From Gemmatimonadota bacterium (lineage in GTDB: Bacteria; Gemmatimonadota; Gemmatimonadetes; Palauibacterales; KS3-K002): DNA of 56,431 nt. Within the stretch, counting starts at the first letter, position 1. Each line of letters opens with the position of its first letter. The translations under genes and the position numbers were made by a program. Below are positions 27,647-37,001 of this stretch, piece after piece. Location of the stretch: assembly GCA_039588075.1 (NCBI GenBank), contig JBDHAL010000019.1:1-56431 (forward strand), given 5' to 3'. Below the pieces are notes generated by a model. That model was not told where the DNA came from. It did not search any database and saw only the letters and a list, made by a program, of their open reading frames with translations.

Positions 27647-28693
27647 ATGGCACTCATTGGATTGGGCCGCAGCAAGCGGACCGTAGGACTCGACATCGGT
27701 AGTGGCTACGTCAAGCTGGTCGTCATGCAGCATGGCAAGGGACGGCCGCGAATCGTGAAAGCCGCTGCCACGCCGTTGGTGGCCGATGCTATCGTCGAGG
27801 GCGAGGTCATGGACCCGACCCTCGTCGCCAGCACCATCCGCTCGCTCTTCGAGACCGCCGGAGTGAAAGAGAAGAAGGTGGTGACGGCGGTCGGTGGCCG
27901 CGACGTCATCATCAAGCGGATCCAGATGGATCGCATGAAGGAATCGGATGCGCGCGAGGTGATCCGCTGGGAGGCCGAGCAGCACGTGCCCTTCGACATG
28001 GAAAGCGTCGAGCTCGATTTCCAGATCCTCGACCCCCTCGACGAAGGGCTGCAGATGTCCGTGCTGCTCGTGGCCGCCAAACGCGAGCTCGTCGAAAACA
28101 AGGTGGCGCTCCTCCTCGATGCCGGCCTCGAGCCCGAAGTCATCGACATCGATGCCTTCGCTCTCCACAACGCCTTCGAACTCAATTATCCAGAGGCGAT
28201 GTCCGGCGTCGTCGGGTTCGTCAACATCGGTCACGAGACCACTAACGTGAACCTGCTCGAAGACGGCGTCCCCGTTCTCACGCGGGACCTCGCTTTCGGT
28301 ACCCGCCGTCTCAGGGAGAGCCTGCAGAGAGAACGCGGTCTCACCGCCGAGACCGCCGAGGACGTGCTCGAGGGCCGCACCAGCGATCCTGAGCTCGAGG
28401 AGTTCATCGGACAGCGCGCCGAAGAAGTCGCTCTCGGTGTCGAGCGGGCTGCGGCGTTCCTCCAGGCCAGTTCCACGCATGCCGGACTGGCGAGGATCTA
28501 TGTCCGCGGTGGCGGCGCGCGCGTCGTTCGTATGGCTGAAGCGCTCGCCGACCGACTACAGATACCGGCGGAGATCGCCAATCCGGTGCAGAGGGTCGAT
28601 GTCGACCCCGGCGCCTTTGATCTGATCTCCATCGCCGACATGGGACCGATGTTGGTGCTTCCAGTCGGGCTCGCGTTGCGACGCGCGGCCTGA
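27647..28693 (+). CDS. pilM: Type IV pilus assembly protein PilM
   Basis: Actin-like VGLDIGS, EAEQHVPF, LDFQIL, VLLVAAK, VNIGHETT, VGLALR. Confidence 0.93.
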   Translation: MALIGLGRSKRTVGLDIGSGYVKLVVMQHGKGRPRIVKAAATPLVADAIVEGEVMDPTLVASTIRSLFETAGVKEKKVVTAVGGRDVIIKRIQMDRMKESDAREVIRWEAEQHVPFDMESVELDFQILDPLDEGLQMSVLLVAAKRELVENKVALLLDAGLEPEVIDIDAFALHNAFELNYPEAMSGVVGFVNIGHETTNVNLLEDGVPVLTRDLAFGTRRLRESLQRERGLTAETAEDVLEGRTSDPELEEFIGQRAEEVALGVERAAAFLQASSTHAGLARIYVRGGGARVVRMAEALADRLQIPAEIANPVQRVDVDPGAFDLISIADMGPMLVLPVGLALRRAA

Positions 28694-28738
28694 TGTGCGT
28701 GACCAGCTCTTGAAACTCTAATCCGGACGGATTGTGCG

Positions 28739-29407
28739 ATGCTGGCGCTGATTGAAATGAACCTGCTCCCCGGTGGCAAGCGGGGTGCTGTACGGCCGAA
28801 AGGAGGGCGCAAGCCGGCCCTCCCGAAGTTCGATGGCCTGCGCGATATGATCAAAGGCGATCCCTGGATCATTGGGCTCGTCGTTCTGGCTGCCATCGCG
28901 TTCGTTCATCTCGGCTTCACATTCTTCACTCAGGGCATGACCCTCGGCCGCGTGGTCGACGAACTGGAGATCCAACGCCAGGATTCCATGCGCTATGCCG
29001 AGGCCATCGCCGCGGCCGACAGCTTGGAAGCTCGGCGCGACACCCTGGTGCAGAAGTCCGCGATCATTCGCGAGATCGATTCCGGTCGTTTCGTCTGGGC
29101 GCACATCCTGGACGAAGTCAGCGCTTCACTCCCGGACTTCACCTGGTTGACCTCGATCTCCCAGACCGCCGGCGGCGGCAATCTGGTCGAGTTCAGAATC
29201 GACGGCATGACGGGCCAGACCCAGGCACTCACTCGCTTCATGCGTGACCTGGAGGAGTCGCCCTTCATTAGTGACGTCAACTTGAGTTCGCAGGAGCAGA
29301 TCCAGCAGGGTCAGAGACTCGTAAACACGTTCACGCTGACGGCTCGATACCAGGTCCCGGATTCATCGGCGATCGTTACCGAGCCGATCATTCTGGCAGG
29401 GGAGTAA
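28739..29407 (+). CDS. pilN: Type IV pilus assembly protein PilN
   Basis: IEMNLLP motif, TM helix, coiled coil, LP..WLTS, LEESPFI. Confidence 0.9.
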   Translation: MLALIEMNLLPGGKRGAVRPKGGRKPALPKFDGLRDMIKGDPWIIGLVVLAAIAFVHLGFTFFTQGMTLGRVVDELEIQRQDSMRYAEAIAAADSLEARRDTLVQKSAIIREIDSGRFVWAHILDEVSASLPDFTWLTSISQTAGGGNLVEFRIDGMTGQTQALTRFMRDLEESPFISDVNLSSQEQIQQGQRLVNTFTLTARYQVPDSSAIVTEPIILAGE

Positions 29408-29412
29408 CAGCT

Positions 29413-30021
29413 GTGGCTCTGTTACCGGCAGATCCGAGAGGACGCAAGCAGGCTCTTGCGCTGATGGCCCTCGTCGTCGGCGCGATCTGGTACGCGGGCA
29501 AGATCTACCTCCTCGACCCCAAAGGCACGGACATCGCGTTCGCTCAGCAGCAGCTCGACGACCTCGAGTTGAAGAACCGACGCGCCAGGGCTGAGGCCGC
29601 TCGCCAGGATGACCTGCGCACGCGCATGGAGGTCCAGGAACGACAGCTGAGAATCTTCGAGGAGTTGATACCACAGTCCGAGGAGGTGCCAGAGCTGCTG
29701 GATGCGATCTCGCAGCAGGCGCGGCAGACGGGTGTCGAGCTCTCGCGGATCCGGCCCCAGGCTTCAGAGATCGGCGAGTACTACACGAAGCAGACGTGGG
29801 AGCTGTCGGTGAAAGGGGAATACCACGACATCGGCAGGTACCTCGGCCGCATCGCCTCGCTTCCACGGATCATCAAGCCCGGGAGCATTCAGCTTTCGCC
29901 GGCGCCCAGAAGTCGCGCCACCCGGGACATGGAGGCTCCGTTGGAAGTGTCCTTCGTTGTAGAAACCTTCGTGCTCGGCGCACAGTCGGGCGCGGGTTCT
30001 GAGCAAGGAGCGTCCCGGTGA
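29413..30021 (+). CDS. pilO: Type IV pilus assembly protein PilO
   Basis: TM helix, coiled coil, LIPQSEEVPELL, GEYHDIGRYL...LPRII. Confidence 0.9.
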   Translation: MALLPADPRGRKQALALMALVVGAIWYAGKIYLLDPKGTDIAFAQQQLDDLELKNRRARAEAARQDDLRTRMEVQERQLRIFEELIPQSEEVPELLDAISQQARQTGVELSRIRPQASEIGEYYTKQTWELSVKGEYHDIGRYLGRIASLPRIIKPGSIQLSPAPRSRATRDMEAPLEVSFVVETFVLGAQSGAGSEQGASR

Positions 30022-30461
30022 TTAATCCCGCCCTGATCTTGGTGACGGTGTTTGCCGGCTTGACGTCCGGCTCACCGCCGAGCGCGCCGGCGGGTCAAGA
30101 CACGACGGCGGCTCCGCAAGCGACCGCAACGGCTCAGAGCGTCTATCGGCGCGAGAAGTTTGTTTATCCGACCGACAATCGGCGCAATCCGTTTGTCAGC
30201 CTTCTGGAGGCCGATGACGCCGGTCCCCAGTTTACCGACCTGGATCTCGTCGGTGTGATCTTCGGTGGCTCCGCAGGTAGCGTGGCTACTCTGATCGATC
30301 GCGCCACAGAGAAGCGCTATCGCGTGCGCCGCGGTGATTCCGTCGGCAGTGCCCGTGTAGTCGAAATCCGGCCTGACGCAGTCGTCTTCCAAGTCACCGA
30401 ATTCGGCTTGACCCGCAGTGAGACACTGCGCATACGGAGAGAAGAGGAGGAGCAAGGATGA
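30018..30461 (+). CDS. pilP: PilP-like protein
   Basis: Located between pilO and pilQ; RRNPF, LVGVI, YRVRRGDSVG. No lipobox Cys. Confidence 0.75.
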   Translation: MINPALILVTVFAGLTSGSPPSAPAGQDTTAAPQATATAQSVYRREKFVYPTDNRRNPFVSLLEADDAGPQFTDLDLVGVIFGGSAGSVATLIDRATEKRYRVRRGDSVGSARVVEIRPDAVVFQVTEFGLTRSETLRIRREEEEQG

Positions 30462-32314
30462 TGCTCCATACGTTGTTCTTCATGTGGGCTGCGGCCGGCG
30501 GAGGTGACCCCGCCACCGTCACGGAACTCAGAGTGGAACCGGTGGCCGGGTACACCGAGGTCGTCGTACGCACGAGCGGGGAAGTGGGATACTCCGACTT
30601 CCTGCTCACCGACCCGCCGCGCCTCATCGTCGACCTCAAGGGCGCTCGGCATGCGTTGCCGCGCGACAACTTCGAGGACATCCATCGCGGTGGCGTCGTA
30701 CGGGTGCGGACCAGTCAGTTCCGCGACGACGTCGTCCGTATCGTCGTGGAGCTCACCGAGCCCACCAGCTACACGCTGACGCGTCAGGGTGGAGAGATCA
30801 GGGTCTCGTTCCCCAACCTGGCCGGCCTGTCGTTCAATTCTTGGGGCAGCCAGCCCGGCGCGCCAAGTCCCGCGCCGGCGGACCTGCAACCGGCGCCCGC
30901 CGCCGCGCCACCGGCGGTAGGCCGGCCGGCGCAGCAACAGGCTACCGCTCAGGATTCGCCGTTCCGCCAGGAACAGACCCCTCCCAGCCAGATGCCCCGG
31001 ATCACGGTCACTTTCGAGAACACCGACATCCGGGACGTTCTGAACAACTTCGCCGATTTCACCGGGAAGTCGTTCATCCCGGGCTCGGGAGTCGAGGGCA
31101 ACGTCACGGCGAATATCCGAAATCAGCCTTGGGATCTGGCGTTGAAGGCGATCCTCGAGGCGCACGGCCTGACCGCCGTCGAGACGGCAACCGGCATCAT
31201 CCGGGTCGATCAGCTGGAGAACCTGCAGCAGCGGCAGCAGCTGGTGCAGCTGCAGACGCAGATCTTCAAGATCAACTACGCGCCGGTCGGTGAGATCGCG
31301 GCGGCCATCGAGCCTGCGATGTCCGATCGTGGGCGGGTGATACCGAACGACGCGACGAACTCGATCATCGTGACCGATCTCGCCGAGAACATCGAGATCA
31401 CGCGCCAGCTCATCAGCGATCTGGACCAGCGCACGCCTCAGGTGGTGATCTCGGCCAAGATCATCTTTGTCGACCGTACGGACATCGAGGAGCTGGGAAT
31501 CGGCTGGGACCTGAAGGACACTCGGGGTAACCAGTTCAACGAGATCATCCCCGGACCGGATAACGATCCTCGGTCTTGGGAGCTCGTCGATGCCAACTTC
31601 GACGGCATTCCCGAGACCGTGGTGAGGCCGCTCACTTCCAACAACCAGGTCTCTTTCAGCGGGTCGTCGATCGCCGCGCTCGCCAACGCGCGTGACCGGA
31701 TCGCGACACCGGCGCTCCAGCTTCTGACTTCTGCCGCTATCGGTGACTTCAGGCTCTTCACTTTCATCGACGCTCTCGAGCGCATGGATCTGTCGGATCT
31801 CGTCGCGGCGCCGACCATCCAGACGATGGACAACCAGCCGGCCAACATCCTGGTCGGTGAACGGACGCCGGTCCGCGTCATCGATTATGGCTCGGGTGGC
31901 GCTGCGGGCGGGGGCGGAGCCGGAGGGGCGCAGGCCCAGTTCCCGCAGTCGACCGTGCAGTTCGAGGAAACCGGAATCAAGCTCGAGGTGACGCCACACA
32001 TCACGCATGACAGGCAGATCGTCGTTGATCTGCATGCCGAGCGGTCGGGCGTCGTTCCTGCGCCGGGTGACATCGGTGTGATCTTCCGGACCCAGGAAGG
32101 TACGACGCGTCTGATTCTGGCTGACGGCGAGACGGGCGTGATCGGAGGCCTGACCGTGACCGAGGTGGCGAGGAGTGAGAGCGGGATCCCGATCCTCATG
32201 GACCTCCCGCTGGTCGGCGGGCTTTTCCGGACGACGAGGGCTGATGAGTCGAAAGAGGACCTGCTGATATTGGTAACCCCGCACATTGTGGACGATGCAG
32301 GGATTTCGAACTAG
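30458..32314 (+). CDS. pilQ: Type IV pilus secretin PilQ with N-terminal AMIN domain
   Basis: AMIN (DPPRLIVDL...VRIVVEL), PWDLAL, TNSIIV, QVVISAKI, GIKLEVTPHI, GIPILMDLPLVGGLFR, LLILVTPHIV. Confidence 0.93.
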   Translation: MMLHTLFFMWAAAGGGDPATVTELRVEPVAGYTEVVVRTSGEVGYSDFLLTDPPRLIVDLKGARHALPRDNFEDIHRGGVVRVRTSQFRDDVVRIVVELTEPTSYTLTRQGGEIRVSFPNLAGLSFNSWGSQPGAPSPAPADLQPAPAAAPPAVGRPAQQQATAQDSPFRQEQTPPSQMPRITVTFENTDIRDVLNNFADFTGKSFIPGSGVEGNVTANIRNQPWDLALKAILEAHGLTAVETATGIIRVDQLENLQQRQQLVQLQTQIFKINYAPVGEIAAAIEPAMSDRGRVIPNDATNSIIVTDLAENIEITRQLISDLDQRTPQVVISAKIIFVDRTDIEELGIGWDLKDTRGNQFNEIIPGPDNDPRSWELVDANFDGIPETVVRPLTSNNQVSFSGSSIAALANARDRIATPALQLLTSAAIGDFRLFTFIDALERMDLSDLVAAPTIQTMDNQPANILVGERTPVRVIDYGSGGAAGGGGAGGAQAQFPQSTVQFEETGIKLEVTPHITHDRQIVVDLHAERSGVVPAPGDIGVIFRTQEGTTRLILADGETGVIGGLTVTEVARSESGIPILMDLPLVGGLFRTTRADESKEDLLILVTPHIVDDAGISN

Positions 32315-32349
32315 ATGCGCTCTGCATACAAACGCGAGGGAGTAGTCAT

Positions 32350-34958
32350 ATGATAAGCGCTAGGGGATGGTCGCGACTGTTGGCGGGGATGACAGTGGCG
32401 GCTGTGTTGGGAATCGCAGCGTGTGAGGAGGAGAACGCCGCTTTCGAACCGCTCGTCGATACGACACCGCCGACGGTTTCGATCGAGTCGGTGGACAATT
32501 CGGCCGACACGCTCAGGACGACGGTCAAGTCCACGGACTTCATCGGCGTGCTCATCGTCGTCACCGAGATCCGGCGAACCGATCAGTTCGAGACCCAGAT
32601 TACGCCGGACGGCGATACGCTCACTCTCGGCCGGCTGCTGGTGGCCGACACCGCGCGTACTTCCGGCCGGGTGACCGATTTCACCGTCAACACGACGTTC
32701 CTCCTGCCCTTCGCGCAGGCTACGCCCGTGGAGGTTCGCGCCGTGGCCATCGATACGCAGGGCAACTCAGCCGCCACCTCGACCCTGGTCCTGGTGGGCG
32801 GCGCCGGCCCGGGCGGCGGTCTCGGCGGCCCGCTCATCGCGATCACCTCGCCGTTACCGAACCAGACGGTGAGGGACAACACGCTGATCCGCGTGGGTAT
32901 CCGGGCCACCGACCTCACGGGGCTGGCCCAGATCAACGTGGTGCTGACGGGCATCACGCCGCCGACCGTCCCCGCGGCAGACACGATACGGTTCAGCGAG
33001 TTCCGCACCGACGTCGATACATTGTTAGATTTTTTTATACCCCAGGGGGCTCTAGGTCAGCTGACGATCACTGCTGAGGCGATCAACCTGAACACGATCA
33101 GTGCGATCGCCTTCATCACGGTGACCGTGGCAACAGAGGTCCCCGGTGACACGATTCCCCCCGTCGTTAGCATGCTTGTCACCGGCGGTGTACAGCGGCG
33201 GTTCCAAGAGCCTCCGCGGATGGAGATCGACGACTCGCTGACGTTCAACATCACGGCGTTCGATCTGGAAACGGCGGTGACGCGAATCCTACTGGCAGTA
33301 CCACCGACACGATATTCGTCGACAGCACGTTCAATCCGGCGATCAGCGGCACCGTGCCGATGAACTTCTCGCTGATGCCGCAGGATTTGCCGGCCAGCAT
33401 CTTCATCGAGAACGACATCCCCGACACGCTGTTCATGCAAGTGACGGCGTGGGCGTTCGACGCCGCCGATCCGAGCCGCAACTGCGGCGCGACTATCGAC
33501 CCGGACGGTGGATCCAACAGTCTGGAGTGCACGACCGGCGACCCGATTCTCGCCCAGGGCATCCAGGGCGGGTTCGTCGAGCGCATGGTCGTGGCCGGGC
33601 GAACCGTAGGGTTTCCGCAGGGCTCGCTGATCGCCGATGCCGCCGTGGATACGATCCGCGAGTTGATGCTGCTGTCGGACTTCAACTTCGGCATCGTGAG
33701 GCCCTTCGATCTCCGCAACGAAGTCTTTGCCGACAACGTGCCGATAGGATCCAATCCCTGGGGCCTGTTTATCGATTTGACGGAGGACCGGCTGCTGGTC
33801 AGTAACTCGGGCGGTACCAACATCTCGCTCGTCGACCTGGGCCCGCGTACCGTCGGGGCCATCAGCCTGCCGGGTGAGATCGATCGCTACCAGACCCAGG
33901 ATCTCAAGGTATATCGCATCTTCTCGGACTTCGACGGCCGCGGGATCTTCTTCCCGACGGAGTTCTTCGAGTACTCCGATCGCCCGCAGTTCTTGGCGCA
34001 GGCGGCGAACGGGCTGATCCTGTTCTCGACGGTGCCGGCTCTGGCCAGCTTGCCGGGAACGATCAGGGAGTTCGACCCCGTTCAGCGCGAGATCCGATTC
34101 TTCATTCAGTACGCGGACAGGGTTTCGGCATTTTCGGAGCCGCAGCTCCAGATCATCAACGCCGACTCGGTGTTCGACGTCAACGGTAGTCGCGCTTTCA
34201 AGATCTGTGATCACACTCGCGGAGACCCGAGCCCGGCGTCCCGATCGTGCATCATCGCGTCCGACTCTCTGGGCGATGCGCAGGTAAAGGTCGCGGCGAA
34301 GGTCATCAGCGACGGGTGGGACACGGAGGTCCACTCCGATCTGCTGATATCGAGCATCGGACTTCAGGATACGACGTTCGTGGCGGCTAGCGGTGACAAC
34401 GAGTTCGTGGCTTTTGGAGAAGGCGACACCCCTGAGCGCTCCGGCCGCATCATTATGTACCGGTCGGCGACCCAGAACATCACGAACTCACTCCAGGTCA
34501 GCGACCTTCCCGGCAACGCGGAGCAGAGGGTTTTCGGTCTTGGGCTCAACAACGACGGCAGCCTGGGTGTCGCGAGGGGTACGAACGCGTACTTCTTCGG
34601 CCCGGACCAGCCGGGCGGACCCAACGTTCTGCGGTTGCTGGGCGTCAACGAGGTGATCAACGAATTCGGGACCGGCGCGGCGCTCCATCCGGACAACGAC
34701 GCGGCGAGCATAAACAACGCGGATGAACGGTTGACGTTCCTCGGATCGGACGACGCTCAGATCGAGATCGTCGATTCGTGGTTCTACTCGTTCAAGCGCG
34801 GACAGGTGCTGATTCGCGACCCGATCGTCGGTCCGCTCCGAATCACGAGGCGGATACAGGGCGTCGATCCTGCCAACGTCGCCGTCAAGCTGTACGGCAT
34901 CACCGCGAACGGCGTTGTGGTGATCAGGGTCAAGGACACGGACTATATCACCCCGTAG
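32350..34958 (+). pseudogene. Large lipoprotein with Ig-like domains and a YVTN/YncE-type beta-propeller, split by a frameshift near 33285
   Basis: Lipobox LGIAAC; DTTPPTVSI, IAITSP and DTIPPVVS Ig-like starts. Frame 1 degenerates after TAVTRI, while the frame of ORF 33354..34958 already reads ANPTGSTTDTIFVDSTF from 33282 and continues to VPIGSNPWGL...LLVSNSGGTNISLVDL. Confidence 0.7.
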
Positions 34959-35010
34959 TCGCGACGCTTTCGAGGCCAGCGGTTGCGGGTATTGGAAACG
35001 CAACGTACTT

Positions 35011-35047
35011 GATATAGGGTAGTCGCCTTTGGCGGCTGCCCTATATC
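35011..35047 (+). terminator. 17-bp stem-loop ending the pilM-Q/lipoprotein operon
   Basis: GATATAGGGTAGTCGCC-TTT-GGCGGCTGCCCTATATC with two G-U pairs; no U-tail. Confidence 0.55.
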
Positions 35048-35158
35048 GTCGATAAGGCCGCTCGACCGACCCGGGGATTCGGCGCGACGTATCATGACAC
35101 GCGCCGCTCGGGCAGGATTGGCGGCTTTCGCCTTGTTTGATCGAGCGCACTCTGACTT

Positions 35159-36361
35159 ATGCTGCAACACTTCCATTTCGTCACCGCAGGTGAATCGCAT
35201 GGCCAGGGCCTGGTTGCCATCGTCGAGGGCGTGCCGGCGGGCCTGCCGATCGATCCGCAGGCAGTCCGCCGCGAGTTGGCGCGCCGGCAGAAGGGTCACG
35301 GCCGCGGCGGCCGCATGAAGATCGAGCAGGACGCAGCGCAGATCATCGCCGGCGTCCGCTTGGGCGAAGCGCTGGGCTCGCCCATCGCGCTGACGGTTCC
35401 CAACAAGGATTGGGAGAACTGGCGGCGGCCGATGTCGGTCGACCCGGTCCCCGGCGCGACAGATGAGGAGCTGAAGCGAGTGAAGCTTCCGCGGCCGGGC
35501 CACGCCGACCTGGTGGGGCTTCTCAAGTACGACCGGCGCGACGCCCGCGACGTTTTGGAACGGGCCAGCGCCCGGGAGACGGCCGCACGGGTAGCGGTCG
35601 GAGCGATCGCGAAGTTGCTGTTGGCCGAGTTTGGAATCGACGTCGCCAGCCATGTGGTGTCGCTTGGCGGGGTCGAAGCTGAGCGATTGGGGCCCGACGA
35701 CTACCCGGAGGACATCAACGCTGTCGCCGACGAGTCACCGGTCCGCTGTCTCGACCGGGAAGCCGGCGGTCGCATGATCGAAGCGATCGACGCCGCTCGG
35801 GCGGAAGGCGACACGGCCGGCGGGATATTCGAGGTGGTAGCCCGGCGTCTACCGGTGGGCTTGGGCAGCCACGTGTCGACGTTTCGCCGCCTCGACGGCC
35901 GCCTGGCCGCCGCCCTCATGTCGATCCAGGCGATGAAGGGAGTCGAGATCGGGCTCGGCTTCGAGGCGAGCCGGCTTCGCGGGTCGCAGGTCCACGACGA
36001 GATCGAGGCGGACGCCGGTCGCCGGACCGGCGGAGGTTTCCGGCGCCGCAGCAACCGGGCCGGCGGCCTCGAGGGAGGCATGACCAACGGGGAGCCGCTG
36101 ACGGTTCGAGTCGCGATGAAGCCCCTATCGACGCTGATGCGCCCGCTGGACAGCGTGGATCTAGACACCGGCGAGCCAGCCGCCGCGGTGCGGGAGCGCA
36201 GCGACGTGACGGCGGTGCCGGCGGCCGGCGTGGTCGGTGAGGCGATGGTGGCCGTCGTTCTGGCCGATGCCATGCGTGAGAAATTCGGCGGCGATTCGCT
36301 GCGGGAGATGCGGGCCAACTTCGACGCCTACCTGGACCGACTGGCGCAGCGCGGTGATTGA
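35159..36361 (+). CDS. aroC: Chorismate synthase
   Basis: [40 protein letters not shown]. Confidence 0.96.
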   Translation: MLQHFHFVTAGESHGQGLVAIVEGVPAGLPIDPQAVRRELARRQKGHGRGGRMKIEQDAAQIIAGVRLGEALGSPIALTVPNKDWENWRRPMSVDPVPGATDEELKRVKLPRPGHADLVGLLKYDRRDARDVLERASARETAARVAVGAIAKLLLAEFGIDVASHVVSLGGVEAERLGPDDYPEDINAVADESPVRCLDREAGGRMIEAIDAARAEGDTAGGIFEVVARRLPVGLGSHVSTFRRLDGRLAAALMSIQAMKGVEIGLGFEASRLRGSQVHDEIEADAGRRTGGGFRRRSNRAGGLEGGMTNGEPLTVRVAMKPLSTLMRPLDSVDLDTGEPAAAVRERSDVTAVPAAGVVGEAMVAVVLADAMREKFGGDSLREMRANFDAYLDRLAQRGD

Positions 36362-36866
36362 TCGGATCGTCCTGGTCGGCTTCATGTGCTCGGGTAAATC
36401 CACTGTCGGGCCCTTGCTGGCGGGGCGGCTCGGTTGGGATTTCATCGATTTCGACGAGTCCATCGAGCGCGACGCCAACCAAAGCATCGCCGAGATCTTT
36501 CGAATCCACGGCGAATCCCATTTCCGAGATTTGGAGGCGGATCTCACGGAGCGGCTGGATGGAGTGCGCTGCGCCGTGCTGGCGCCTGGCGGCGGCTGGG
36601 TCAGCCAGCCGGAGCTGGTAGAGCTGCTCCGTCCCGGCAGCCTGATCGTCTGGCTGCGGGTCCGCCCGGAAACCGTGCTGGCCCGGAATCGGGGACAGCC
36701 CGACGTGCTACGGCCGCTGCTTGCCGTCGACCGGCCGCTGGAGACCGTTCGATCCATCCTGGCGGAGCGGACGCCGCTTTACCGGCGGGCCGACAGGGTA
36801 GTCGACACGGATGATCGGGAGCCGGCCGCCATCGCGGATCGGATCGCCGGGATGCTGGATCGCTAG
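36354..36866 (+). CDS. aroK: Shikimate kinase
   Basis: [26 protein letters not shown]. Start GTG 36354. Confidence 0.93.
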   Translation: MIDRIVLVGFMCSGKSTVGPLLAGRLGWDFIDFDESIERDANQSIAEIFRIHGESHFRDLEADLTERLDGVRCAVLAPGGGWVSQPELVELLRPGSLIVWLRVRPETVLARNRGQPDVLRPLLAVDRPLETVRSILAERTPLYRRADRVVDTDDREPAAIADRIAGMLDR

Positions 36867-37001
36867 AGGGACTCTTCCAAGGCCTGAGGAGAAGCGGTGT
36901 TGACAAGGAGTTGATTCCTGATAGCCATCCTCAGCGCTGGTGGCCCCATGGAACCTGAGGGGCCGGCTCCGGGGTAAGCGGTGGACGGGTGAACGAGAGA
37001 C

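Noticed and set aside
30317-32284. 655-aa minus-strand ORF, and many other long antisense or alternate-frame ORFs (e.g. 37167..38471, 33057..34334, 53428..54492)
   Set aside because: They are shadows of well-supported genes in high-GC DNA and have no recognisable motifs.
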